A stretch of 64,000 nucleotides of DNA from the human T2T-CHM13v2.0 reference genome, Homo sapiens: NCBI RefSeq assembly GCF_009914755.1, contig NC_060930.1; one strand, 5' to 3'. A program made the position numbers and the translations under genes. Under the pieces are notes generated by a model. That model ran no database searches. It was not told the DNA's origin and was given only the letters and a program-made list of their open reading frames with translations. This document shows, in pieces, positions 1 through 12,195 of this stretch; positions within the stretch are counted from its first letter, which is position 1, and every line of letters begins with the position of its first letter.

Positions 1-1132
1 AGGCAGCAGGCATGGCAGGGGCAATGACGGCAGCAGCAGCCAGATCATCCTCTAGCTTCCATCCTATCCATGCTGGTGTTGGTGGTGGCTGCAATGGCCT
101 GGGTGGGCTAGTCCCCAGGTGACATGTGTGTGTGGGTGTGACAGCTGTGGGGGTAGTGGCAGGTTGGGTGAGCCCATCCTCAGGCCCTTAGGAGGAGTTT
201 CAGGTGCCAATGATGGTGGATGGAGCAGAGCAATTCATATGCCCCCACACAGCACACTTGGGCCCTGGGAGGTGAGAGTTGGGCTGGGTGGACCTGTCCT
301 CAGGATCCCTGGTGGTGCATGCGTATGCTGGCTGTGGTGAGTAGGGGTGGGCTGATCCCTGGGCCCTGGAAAAATGCTCAGGTACAGGGGCAGCAGCAGC
401 CACACTGCAGCTCTGCTGCTGGGGAGAGTGGGGTTGCTTTCAATAGTAGCAGTCGTAGGCAGATGGCTGGGAAGTGTGCACTTCGGTTCCAGGTGGCGGC
501 TGTGGGTGGCAGAGCCTGACCTTAGGGTGCTTGTAAGTGCACAGTGGCCCCTTTGCTGGGGATGGTGGAGTCACTCCCAGCGGCTCATGCTTTAGTTCTG
601 GTGGCAGCAAACAGCAGCAGCAGCAGCTGCGGATGGGGGATGTCACTGGGACTCCAGGGATGCGGAGATGCAGGGGTGGTTGGGACCCAGAACAGGATGT
701 GGTCTGTTGGGGGCTGGGCTCTCAAAATGGCACTGTGCTGTAGCTGCTTAGGTCTGGGGGTGATGTAAGCCCCCTCTCTGGAGCAATGCTGTCATGCCAT
801 CTCAAGACAGCTCCCTGTTTTAGTCTCAGGGCTCATGAGAGTCAAGAATCTCTCCCATGGCTGGAATTGCAGATGTCCATGGTGGGAATGTGGACTGCTG
901 AGGGTCACCCACTTACCCTTTCTGTGCACTAGGAGGCCTCTCTGGGCTCCCAGCCAAGTAGGCTGCCTTGCCTCCCTCTCCTTCCTTGCCTTAGGTGTTT
1001 CCTGTCACTTCTCTATGGAATTCCAGCATTCTCTCTCAGATGATCTATCCAAAGTGTGATTATCAACTTACTATTTTGGTTTTTCTTGGTGGAGGAGGTG
1101 AGTACCAGATGCCTCTGGTCAACCATCTTGAA
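1..1132 (-). mobile_element. Old LINE-1 5' UTR (L1M1/L1M2-type 5' end), runs off the window start
   Basis: Reverse complement from ~1132 reads CTTCAAGATGGTTGACCAGAGGCATCTGG...GATAATCACACTTTGGATAGATCATCTGAGAGAGAATGCTGGAATTCC, matching the recalled L1M1/L1M2 5' terminus. GC-rich UTR-like sequence continues to base 1. Confidence 0.8.
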
Positions 1133-1319
1133 GCATTTGACTCAAGCACTTTTGAAGTCAAGTGAAATCTGTTCAATTGAAAAGAATCTCTATAAGCACA
1201 GACACCCTCTGGGCCCCGTGAGAAACATGCTGCTTCACAGACTGAGCTTTGGCACTTTATGCCAGGTATGCAGCTCAGCTTTCATTCTTCTCTGTTTCTC
1301 TTGAAGTTTGTAAAGAAGT

Positions 1320-1782
1320 TGCAATAGTTAATTTTATGTGTCAACTTGGCTATGGTGTCCAGCTGTTTGGGCAGATGTCAGTCTAGATGTTGCTGAGAAA
1401 GTATTTTTTAGATGAGATAAACATTTGGATCAGTAGATTTTGAGTAAAGCAGATTACCCTACATTATGTGGGTGAGCCTCATCCAATCAGCTGGAGTTCC
1501 TATTAAAGCAAAGACTGAGGTTTCCCAAAGAAGGTATTTGAACTAAAAGACTGCAGCGTAGAAACTCTTCCTGGGTTTCCAGCCTGCCTGGCCCGCCCCT
1601 CAGAATTCAGACTTAAGACTGCAGCATTAATTCTTCCCTTCATTTCCAGCCTGTTGGCTTGCCCTGTGAATATTGGACTTAACAGCCCCCACAAATGTGT
1701 GAGCCAACATCTGAAAGTAAATCTGTGCTTACACATAAATCTCCTATTGCTTCTGTTTCTCTGGAGAGCCTTGACTAATACA
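1320..1782 (+). mobile_element. MLT2 (MLT2C-like) solo LTR, ERVL
   Basis: Starts TGCAATAGTTAATTTTATGTGTCAACTTGGCT and ends CTATTGCTTCTGTTTCTCTGGAGAGCCTTGACTAATACA, the characteristic MLT2 termini (TG...CA). Confidence 0.88.
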
Positions 1783-2899
1783 GTAGCAAAGAAGACACAA
1801 GGGGACTCTCTTTAAAAGGTCTTTCTTTAACAATGAGGAAAAGCACATAGGGAAAGAGTTGGGTATATTTAACCATTTGCTGTTGGTGTCAATATGCAAA
1901 ATCTCATGTACAGTCAAGGCTCCCTCTGCCCATTCTCATCATTGCTCTGTTCCAATGTGCTTACAAGACACACTCCACCTTCCAGCAACCACATCTCCCA
2001 GCTGCAGGTGTTCCCTGTGTGGCAGGATACTTCATGCATATCAACATGTGGGTTGTTTGCTGCGTGCTCCCCTCTCCTCCTCTTCCAAGCTGGAAGACAG
2101 GTCTTTAGAGGTCCCCTGCCTGAAAGCAGAAACCTTTTGATCATCTGGGTATTTATAAAAGCTTTTAGTTCCTGAAAGGTGAGCCTGGAGACAAGGCATC
2201 TTTGGGTGTACAAGGGACAGGAGAGGGTCTCCCTGCCAACCAGTGCAAAGGGACGCAGCTGTGCGGGTCCTGCAAGCAGGGGGCTGGCACCTGCCTTCTG
2301 CCTGTCCTTCACTATTCCTGCCCAGAGGCTGGACTCTGGCATCAAGAGTCTGGACCTGAGCAAGGAGCTCAGACCACATAGGCCTGGGAAAGCAGAGGCC
2401 CTACAGTGAGTGGGAACCGGCAGAGAGGCTGCAGGCCTGTTGGGGGTCACCAGAAAGGATGGGATGGAAGGCAAGAGCCTGCTGATTCTTGTTACTGCAG
2501 AAGACCCCAAGGCCTCTCATAATCCTAAGGATAATGAGCACGAAAGTCCAAGCAGATGACAGGGTTGGGCTCAGAGTCAGAGTGGGATTGGAATCAACTT
2601 AAGGAGCATATGTAAATATAGCTATAGATACCCACACACATTTATACGTGCATATGACATTATATTTGCATACAGGCATACACATGTATAATAGATAATA
2701 TTTCTGGCATAGACTAAGGTTTTTACCTACTATACTGGCAAGGATGATGGGGAACAGAGAAACAAGGTTATGGAAGTATGACTGGGCTGCTTTTAACTTA
2801 ATTTTCTTTTGATTTGTCTATATTTAAAAATTTAAAAATTTTCCTAAAACACATATTATTTTGCGATATAATTCATCTTTTTAAACACTTATGTTTTTA

Positions 2900-3180
2900 A
2901 GTATTATGTTACACATGGAAAAGCCTGATAGTATAAATTTAGAAAAAGGAATGAAATTCAAAGTGGCATATATAGTGTAAAAACTTCCTTTAAGTAAAAT
3001 AAAAATACCTTCATGCAAAACAGACAAAAATACCCATATAACCATTTATAGAGAAAAGATTGGAAGGAAAGAGATTAAAATGATGTTACTAGTGATCATC
3101 TTTAGAACTATTTTTTCCTCTTCTCTACTTTTCTGAAATTTCAGAATGTTTCCTGAGCACACATTACTTTTTCAGAAGCA
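2900..3180 (+). mobile_element. Degenerate L1ME-type 3' end fragment
   Basis: AT-rich, with AAAGATTGGAAGGAAA...AAAATGATGTTACTAGTGATCATC followed by a pyrimidine-rich tail, resembling L1ME 3' UTR. Confidence 0.4.
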
Positions 3181-3465
3181 GAACTTTGCAAGGAATTCAG
3201 CCACTTTAACAGATCCTAGGTAAAATACTGCTTCGCAAATACATGTTTTAAAATTTTGCTTCTCTGGCCAAGCGTTTTCTGTTTGGATTGGAAGTCCTTG
3301 AAAAGTGCAGAAATTGCAGTTTCTACCTGATCTTTCCTAAATAAAAATTTAGTAAGTAGAAATCCTTTTTAAGGCCCTTCCTTCTCCCCCAACGCACATC
3401 CCCCAAATACGCACAAACTATCTCCCCGCCACACACACCCCATCACCACTATCACCACCACCATC

Positions 3466-3472
3466 ACACACA

Positions 3473-3505
<33 letters not shown>
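3466..3505. repeat. (CA)n microsatellite
   Basis: Near-perfect CA run preceded by CAC/CAT-rich degenerate repeat. Confidence 0.95.
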
Positions 3506-3507
<2 letters not shown>

Positions 3508-4475
3508 CACACAGCCTGCCCCAAACTAGGTGGGGGCGCTGAGGGCAGGGGGATTCCTGTGATCTTTGCAGGGCAAGGTTAAACCTCTAGGGTTACTGAG
3601 CAGAAAGTTTAATTCAGAAAAGAAGTCTGGGCCATGAATGACCACAGGTGGGTCCTGCAGTTCATAATGCTCTAGAGCCAGCAGTCCCTAAAGAGGTACC
3701 AGGTGAGATAAGGCAGGGATTCCCAGGGCCCTTGAGGTGGCGAGGTGAGCCATCTCATGGACTGTCTTCACCCACCTCCGCAGTGTGCATGACACGTGCC
3801 ACCAGTTTCTATGTGTGCTGTGACTGGAAAAGGCAGAGATGCCCTCCTTTGTCATCTGAAATGAAAATTTCAGCACTCCCCTTCCCTCCTCCTCTGCTGT
3901 TCTGTCTGGGTGCTGGCTTCAGTTCCTGAGGTTGGCGGGGGGAGCGGGGCTGTGCAGATTCCCATGGTCTTTTGTGGCCAGCAGGGCTCTGGCCCCCTAA
4001 GGCTTTTCTATCCCAGTGACTGGTGCTGTGGACACCTCACCTTGGGTTTGTCCTGGAAAAGCCAAGCGAGAGTGAGTTGGTGCTGCTGACTCTTTTGGGC
4101 TCACTTACCACTCAAGCTGACACTCCTTTCAGGTGCTCTTCATTTCTCCCTGCAGAGCCGGGCTCCCGCCTCATGGTTTCCTTGAGCCCAGTGAATGAAC
4201 TTTAGCATTCCTTGCTGTGCAGCCATCAGCCATGTAAGCTGTGTGAGATTTCTCTATGCTGGCTCTTTGTATCACTGGGAATTTCTCTTTGACCTCCATC
4301 CAGTTCCACCCTCATCTTTCCATTCCTTAGTATATCTCCCTCCGTCCCGCAGCTGTGCCTTTATTTAGCCTTTGGAAGTTGGCTGCAGGGTGAAGGCTTA
4401 CAGGGTCTCAGAAGGATTTCTCTCAGCTGTCCTGCTTTGTCTCTAGCATCCAGTGGGCAGTTGCCTTATAATTGA

Positions 4476-4660
4476 GGCCAGCTTCACAGGTGTGTGACCC
4501 GTACAGTTGCACAGGGTTTTACTCTCAGAACAGCCTGGCGCTTGGTTTCATGCTCTGCTGGAGCTGTCCTGAAACTCTTCATAATTTTATCTTCAAACCT
4601 GTGTTTTATAAAGGAGGTCTGATGGGCAGTAGGACATGTATGCTGGGCCGCTGCATGCAC
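4476..4660 (+). mobile_element. MER45-family (hAT-Tip100) DNA transposon 5' part; may extend further 3'
   Basis: GGCCAGCTTCACAGGTGTGTGACCCGTACAGTTGCACAGGG...GCGCTTGGTTTCATGCTCTGCTG...TAATTTTATCTTCAAACCTGTGTTTT matches the MER45 left end and is homologous to the reverse complement of 43840-43990. Confidence 0.75.
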
Positions 4661-4759
4661 ACAATGAGCTCAGACCTGCAGTCCTGGGAGGCAGCCCAGG
4701 CGTGGAGCAATTGGTCCAGCCAGTTGTGTAGGTGCATGCCTTGGGGCTACCTTGGGACC

Positions 4760-4942
4760 CTGTTGCTGCCACCATTGACATTTTCTGGGCCTAGGTTCCA
4801 GCTGGGCCACCATGGGCCCCTGCGGTGCACCTATACCGCTGGCTGAGCAATTGGTCCAGCCAGGTGTGTAGGTGCACCGCAAGGACCCAAGGTGGCCAGG
4901 CCAGAACGTAGGCCCAGACAATGGCAATGGTGGCAGCAACAG
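4760..4942. repeat. ~183-bp imperfect palindrome (arms ~91 bp, no spacer, centre CAA|TTG at 4850/4851)
   Basis: Left arm CTGTTGCTGCCACCATTG...TGCGGTGCACCTA... pairs with right arm ...TAGGTGCACCGCA...CAATGGTGGCAGCAACAG, ~84% by manual alignment. Confidence 0.93.
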
Positions 4943-5205
4943 CATCGGTGGCGGCAGCAGAGGTGGTGGTCATGGCTTTGGGAGAAAGGAGGGGCTCTGC
5001 ACAGCAGCAACACTGGGACCTGAGGTGGGAGTCTGGCCTGTGTGTTGATCCTCAGTCCTGTACCGGTGGCATCTGCACAGATACCAACTCCCTGGTCTGA
5101 AAGCCAGCACACAAACAGCCAGCACTCAGGCAGTAAACTTTGTCAGTGAAGTATAAAATGAAAGCACACTCGTGGACATTGCAATCAAGCATGTCAAGAA
5201 GTTAA

Positions 5206-5390
5206 TTCGGCAACTTCCGCCCAGGACCATGTCCAGCTGGGCAACTCGGACATAAACCAAACACTAATGCAGAGGGTGAGTGCCCTCCCAGCGTGGCTTC
5301 GGCAACTTCCGCCCAGGACCATGTCCAGCTGGGCAACTGCGACATAAACCAAACATTAATGCGGAGGGTGAGTGCCCTCCCAGTGTGGCT
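5206..5390. repeat. 92-bp tandem duplication (2 copies)
   Basis: TTCGGCAACTTCCGCCCAGGACCATGTCC...GCCCTCCCAG(C/T)GTGGC at 5206-5297 and 5298-5389, ~5 differences. Confidence 0.97.
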
Positions 5391-7731
5391 TAAATGCAAA
5401 GCCTGTAAGCTTCCCCAGCAGGCTCTGCCCTCATCTGCTTTCCCCACCTGATCCCTCCCCCAAACCCTCCCTGCTTTCCAGCTATACAGTGTGCCACAGG
5501 TTTTTTTGACAGTTCTTCCACTACACAGGCTTCGAGCTTTTTAATTCTCACTTGGTTACCCCTGGCATACAGGAAATTGTGGGAAATTGTCCTCCATCCT
5601 CCACATTGAGACCTCTCATAGCAGGCTGTGTTGTGGGGTGTGAAAAGAGCATAGACATGGGCCAGAGAAAAGAAGGCAGTCGCTTGATGAAAAAAACCTT
5701 AAACAAACCAGAAGTTCACGTGCCCGAGACTGGCCCAGTTATCCTTCCACTCACACTAAAGCAGGGAGTGGGACGCCCCTCTACCCACATGTCCCTCCTC
5801 ACTCCCTTGTTTTCTGCTCTAAATTCACCCTTACTAGTTATTTTAGCCTATTGGAAGGGTTGGTACTAGAAGAGGGAGGAAGGGCACAGATATCTGGCAA
5901 AATCCTACTCATCCTCCAAGAACCAGCTGGGACGCCACCCCTCTTGATTCCAGCTAGACATCCCTATACTGTCGGATCCTATACTGTGATCCCACAGCAC
6001 CTAGTGCCTTCCTTAGTTCCTGATGCTCACCATGCCTGTGCCAGGATGGGAACCTTCTACAGTGTTCAAAGAGGAGCTTCACTGCTTACAGCCATTCCCC
6101 TTCTCTCTCCTGTCTGAGAAGAAAATGGATCCAACTTTTAGTCACTTAGCTTGGATGTTTTCTTGTTCCTGGGAAGGAACAGGAGGAGAGAAGGGAGACT
6201 TTGCTGGAAGTTAAAAAAAGATTTATGTGGATAAGAAAAAAAATGTTTTGGAAAAAAAAAGAATAAAACATGTTCAGAAAAGTGGATTTTTAAAAACAGT
6301 TTGATAGAAGATTAAGACAATGGTGGAAAGATGTTAGTGGAAGACATATGGAAGTAATAGAGAAAATAGTCAAAATATGGCACCTTTTTGAGTGGGGGTC
6401 AAGCCCCCAACCAGCTGCATGGCCTGGTCCACCCATCCTAGGCCCCAGGCCCTGGGCTGTTCCTCTGGGCTACTCCTGTGATGAGATCACAGAAAACTTC
6501 TCCAGAGGATTCTCTTGCCCCATTGGTGCTCTGGCGCCAATGCAGCTGAACACCTGCGGGAGGCACAAGGTGAAAGATGGGTCATTCCTGGGCCTCTTGC
6601 TGAGCCCTTTCCCTAGGCAGGCCTCTCACACTGCCTGCATCCAGGCACCAAGCTGGGTAGTGCTTCTCTCTGGGAAGGAGGAAGGGGAGATAGTTCACTC
6701 ACCAGCAGCCAACGAATTTTCCAGCTACCAACAAACAGAATCTATTTCTGTTCATGCCTTGAGATACTGCTTGGTTCCTACTGATGAAACACATGCAGGC
6801 AACCCCCTGCAATGCTCTGTAACATCCCTAAGCCCGTCAAAAGGTAGGGTCTTGGGGTCATGGTGGTTGGAGGATTTAACCTGAATTGCTGAGATGGGCA
6901 ACAGCACTCCCGTTACCTGTGGTTTGTCCTTCAGGGGCAGGGCTTGTGGGTTCTGTCTGTATATCTCCAGCACCCAACACGATATGTGAAATAGCAGGTG
7001 CTCTATTGTGAGAACAGAAGAGAGGGAGGAAGCAAAGGTTTGGAAGGAAATTTAGGACCTGAGAAAAAAGGGAAGCATTGTTCTGGGCATGACACCCACA
7101 GGGATAGCTGTGTTCTTGCTTCTTTCTAATGAGTAGCTCTTCCTTTAGAGCACAAATGCAGTCAGGGAAACAGCAAACCTGCGCTCCCTGCTCCCATCAG
7201 ATGCATTTCCTTCTGGCTTCCCCCAGTGCAATGACGAGGGAAGACATTCTCCTCCTCCCATGGTGTTCTGGCAGATTAAGCTGAATAGCTCCATGTGGGT
7301 ATTAAGTACAGGTTCTAACATCATTTAATTCCACTTCCTTTTGACTGAAACAAGTTCCCAGCTCATACTCGCCCTTATCCCTTGAGGCAGCAAAGCAAGT
7401 CATAAATAATCACGGTAATAATGCCATGTAAACACTTTCACTGGGAAGATGGAGGCGCTGGTTTTGAATCTCCAGGATACAGAAGATTATATACAAGTGA
7501 TGATTCATATTTGCCTCAGCCCCAACAGGAGAAACTCCTTCGCCTGCTCCCCCTACCATGGAGGCCTTGCAGAGTGGGAGAGCTGGTTTTCCAAACACTG
7601 TCTTAAAGAGAGAGCATCCATTTGTTTCCTGAAGTTAAAACAGTTCTCTTTGGGAACAGTTTGATTCAGTCTTGATTCTCCCTCTTCATCATGAGATGCC
7701 TTAAAAAATTCTTCCTACTATTAGACAATTT

Positions 7732-7840
7732 TTTTTTTTTTGGAGATGGAGTCTCACTCTGTCGCCCAGGCTGGAGTGCAGTGGCGCGATCTTGGCTCAC
7801 TGCAAGCTCTGCCTCCCGGGTTCACGCCATTCTCCTGCCT
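7732..7840 (-). mobile_element. 5'-truncated AluY (last ~100 nt of right arm) with 14-bp TSD
   Basis: AluY diagnostics GCAAGCTC and TTCACGCCATTC; poly-T; perfect TSD CTATTAGACAATTT at 7718-7731 and 7841-7854. Confidence 0.93.
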
Positions 7841-7854
7841 CTATTAGACAATTT

Positions 7855-7935
7855 ATTCTGTGAGGACAGGGATCATGTCGGTCTGTTCAGCATTAAATCC
7901 CCAATACCAGCCATGCAGCAGGTGATCAGGAAAGA
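7855..7935 (+). mobile_element. L2 3' end fragment
   Basis: TGTGAGGACAGGGATCATGTCGGTCTGTTCAGCATTAAATCCCCAATACC resembles the L2 terminus. Confidence 0.55.
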
Positions 7936-8359
7936 AGAAATCTTGAATGTTGTTAAGTTCTGATAAAACAAACCAAAACAAGGAGCAGAGACTGACCTAG
8001 TGATTGAGTGAAAGAGGTTAAGGCTCAAACTCACAGGACTGAGAACAGAACCTTCCCCACCTCTCTGAGTCCAAGCTGCCTCTCCCAGAGCTTCAGAGCC
8101 CTCCTTGCACAAGCCCGTCCCGCAGCTGACATTCGAGACACTTGTTTTTTTCATGTCTAGAATATGATAAGACAGGCATCAGAGGCAATTAGAATCAAGA
8201 CGAGGAGAGTGTTCTAGGCAATAAGGACAGCCCATAAGACACTAAATAATGATTCTTTGCACTTCCATGGCACCTTTCGTCTGAGGATTTCAACGTGGAT
8301 TTTAATTTTAATCACATTTCCACGATGAGGCTTCTTATTAGAGATGGAGAACTAGACCT

Positions 8360-9545
<1,186 letters not shown>

Positions 9546-10450
9546 CTTTTCAACAAATCAGTGAGTCCCTTCCAAAGCTGAGCCAAAGGGAGATTAAACA
9601 CCTCCCTCCAAGGACAGAGACAAATGGATGGATTGCAGCCAAGAGTAATAAATTATAGCCTGAGTTTAGCCTATCCAGCCACTTATTGAAAGATGAAAAT
9701 CTGTTCTTTATGTAACTTCAAACCAACACCTGCAGGAGTGATAGCTGAAAGAACTTGTACCAAACCGGATAACAATGTTTCAAAATGCTGGTGGAGGAGG
9801 GGAAAGTGTCAGGACAACCTTGTGAATCACTGGGTCTCACAGTATCTTTTGACAAAGGAAGATGCCAAAATATTTACAAACCCGTAAGTTATGCTCTAGT
9901 CTCGCAACCAGCAACTTGTAAAAATAGATGACTCATCCACAGGGAAGCTTAATGGCATGGACTGAATTCATCACCTGCTGGGCCAGAGCGATGAGCAGTA
10001 ATGGCAGATTTTATGAAGAGGCAGTTTGGAGGGCGAGTGGCCTGCTGGTAAGTAACAGAGGCAGAAAATCGGGGAATAAGGATGTTGTTCATTGTATTTG
10101 TTGACAGGCAAACAGGGCAGAATAAGAAGCTTCTTTGACTCTCGAATTTTAGCACTAGAAGAAATAGTGAGGATTATATATTTCAGAAGTTCTCACCCAG
10201 GATATCAGAACACATTCAGAGTCCTGATCCCAGTTATGAGAAAGGGCCACCTTCGACTACAAATTAGAAATTGCATTTTCTACCAGAACATTAAACGACA
10301 AAGGCTGTCTACACTGGGATGTATCAGTGGAAGTGTCTCCAATGTCAACATGGGTCATAGCAGAAGAAACATGGAAAACCACTACATCTTTAGTCCAATT
10401 ACTTCGTTGTAAGAAGGAACAAGTTAAGGGCCAAATTTAAAGTGACTTAT

Positions 10451-11148
10451 CCAGGAAATAATAGATGCTGGCGAGGCTGTGGAGAAGCAGGAATGCATTT
10501 ACACTGTTGGTGGGAGTGTAAATTAGTTCAACCAATGTGGAAGACAGTGTGGCGATTCCTTAAGGATCTAGAACCAGAAATACCATTTGACCCAGCAATC
10601 CCATTACTGGGTATATACCCAAAGGATGATAAATCTTTCCACTCTAAAGACACATGCACACGTATGTTTATTGCAGTAATACTTACAATAGCAAAGACTT
10701 GGAACCAACCCAAATGCCCATCAGTGATAGACTGGATAAAGAAAATGCAGCACATATACACCATGGAATACTATGCAGCTATAAAAAAGAATGAGTTCAT
10801 GTCCAGGGACATGGATGAAGCTGGAAGCCATCATTCTCAGCAAACTAACACAAGAACAGAAAACCAAACACCACATGTTCTCACTCATAAGTGGGAGTTG
10901 AACAATGAGAACACATGGACACAGGGAGGGGAACATCACATACCAGGGCCTGTCAGGGGTTGAGGGGCAAGGGGAGGGAGGGCATTAGGACAAATACCTA
11001 ATGCATGTGGGGCTTAAAACCTAGATGATGGGTTGACGGGTGCAGCAAACCACCATGGCACATGTATACCTATGTAAGAAACCTGCACGTTCTGCACATG
11101 AATCCCGGAACTTAAAGTAAAATTAAAAAATAAAAAATAAAAAAATAA
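10451..11148 (+). mobile_element. 5'-truncated L1PA7/PA8 (ORF2 C-terminus + 3' UTR + A-tail) inserted in a MIR
   Basis: ORF 10442-10963 gives the L1 ORF2p C-terminal Cys-rich domain (RCWRGCGE..HCWWECKLVQP..IPFDPAIPLLGIYP). 3' UTR GCATTAGGACAAATACCTAATGCATG...CTTAAAGTAAAAT; TSD-like GTGACTTATC on both sides. Confidence 0.93.
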
Positions 11149-11149
11149 C

Positions 11150-11240
11150 GTGACTTATCTATTGTCACACTCCTCGCAGACCAGGGCTAAGACCAGGACC
11201 TCATCTCCTGACTTGTAGCCTCAGGACTCTTTTTGCTTCT
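11150..11240 (-). mobile_element. MIR fragment (host of the L1PA insertion)
   Basis: GTGACTTATCTATTGTCACAC...CCAGGACCTCATCTCCTGACT resembles the antisense MIR core. Confidence 0.55.
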
Positions 11241-11480
11241 CTGGCTGATTTCTGCATTGCTTTTGCCAGCGTTCCACGGCTGTGATATGGACCACCTTGC
11301 ATTTTAACAACGTTCCAAAACTTTTGCAGGTGGGACGGTAGGAGTTGGAATCTCCAAGTTTCCTTTAGAGCCTAGCTACTTTCTGTGCTACTTTTATAAC
11401 ATTAATTATTAGTTTTTGTGTAATTATTATCATTAGGATAAAAAACTTTAACCTACAGGTATAATATTAATACATCTAAA

Positions 11481-11706
11481 ATAGTGGTTCTCAACTGGGG
11501 GTAATTTTCCCACCCCATCTCCCCAGGAACAATTTGTCAATGTGCAGAGACATTTTTGAGGTGTCACAACTCAGGGGGAGAAGTGCTGCTGGCATCTGGT
11601 AGTGACCAGGGATCTTGCTGACCATTCTACAGGGCACAGGACAGCCTCACAGCAGAGAAGGATCCAGCCCCAAATGTTAATAGTGCTAATACTGAAAAAT
11701 CCACTT
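11481..11706 (+). mobile_element. MER20 (hAT-Charlie MITE)
   Basis: AGTGGTTCTCAACTGGGGG...GAGACATTTTTG..TGTCACAACT...CCCCAAATGTTAATAGTGC..TGAAAAATCCAC matches full-length MER20. Confidence 0.9.
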
Positions 11707-11719
11707 CTAAAACAAGTGT

Positions 11720-11980
11720 CAGCTGAGCGTGATAGTGCACACCTGTAAGCCCAGCACTTCGGGAGGCCAGGGCAGGAGGATTGGTTGAGCCTAGGAGTTC
11801 AAGATTAGCCTGGGCAGCAAAGGGAGACTCTGTCTCTATAAAAAATTTTTAAAATATCAAAATTTTTAATACTACAAGCACATGCCTGTAGTCCAGGGAG
11901 GAATGCTTGAGTTCAGGAGGTGAGGCTACAGTGAGCCGTGATCACACCACTGCACTTTAGCCTGGGCAACAGAGAAAGAT
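11720..11980 (+). mobile_element. AluJ with internal deletion
   Basis: Diverged Alu (GGATTGGTTGAGCCTAGGAGTTCAAG; GAGGCTACAGTGAGCCGTGATC are J-type). Confidence 0.85.
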
Positions 11981-11983
11981 TTC

Positions 11984-12195
11984 GAAGAAAGGGAAGGGGA
12001 GGGGAGGGGAGGAGAGGAAGGAAAGGAAGGAAAGAAGGAAGGAAGGAAGGAAAGGAGGGGAGGGGAGGGAAGGGGAGGGGAAGAAAGGAAAGAAAGGAAG
12101 AAAGGAAGAAAGAAAGGAAAGAAAGAAACCAAGAAAAAAGAGAGGAAGGAAAGAAAGAAAAAGAAAAAAGAAAAGAAAAGAAAGAAAGAAAAAGA
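11984..12195 (+). repeat. Polypurine (GGGGA/GGAA/GAAA) tract derived from the Alu tail
   Basis: ~210 nt of purines, interrupted only by CC at 12129-12130. Confidence 0.95.

Noticed and set aside
1914-2510. 198-aa ORF (likewise 47378-47971, 60667-61254, 6348-6884, 14450-14983)
   Set aside because: No recognisable domain, mostly non-ATG starts, and composition typical of chance frames in GC-rich non-coding DNA; no supporting exon structure.
5206-5390. Repeat as a CRISPR-like array
   Set aside because: Two contiguous copies with no spacers, in eukaryotic DNA with no cas genes.
10442-10963. 173-aa ORF with clear protein similarity
   Set aside because: It is the C-terminus of L1 ORF2p in a 5'-truncated L1PA, frameshifted into the 3' UTR; not a host gene.
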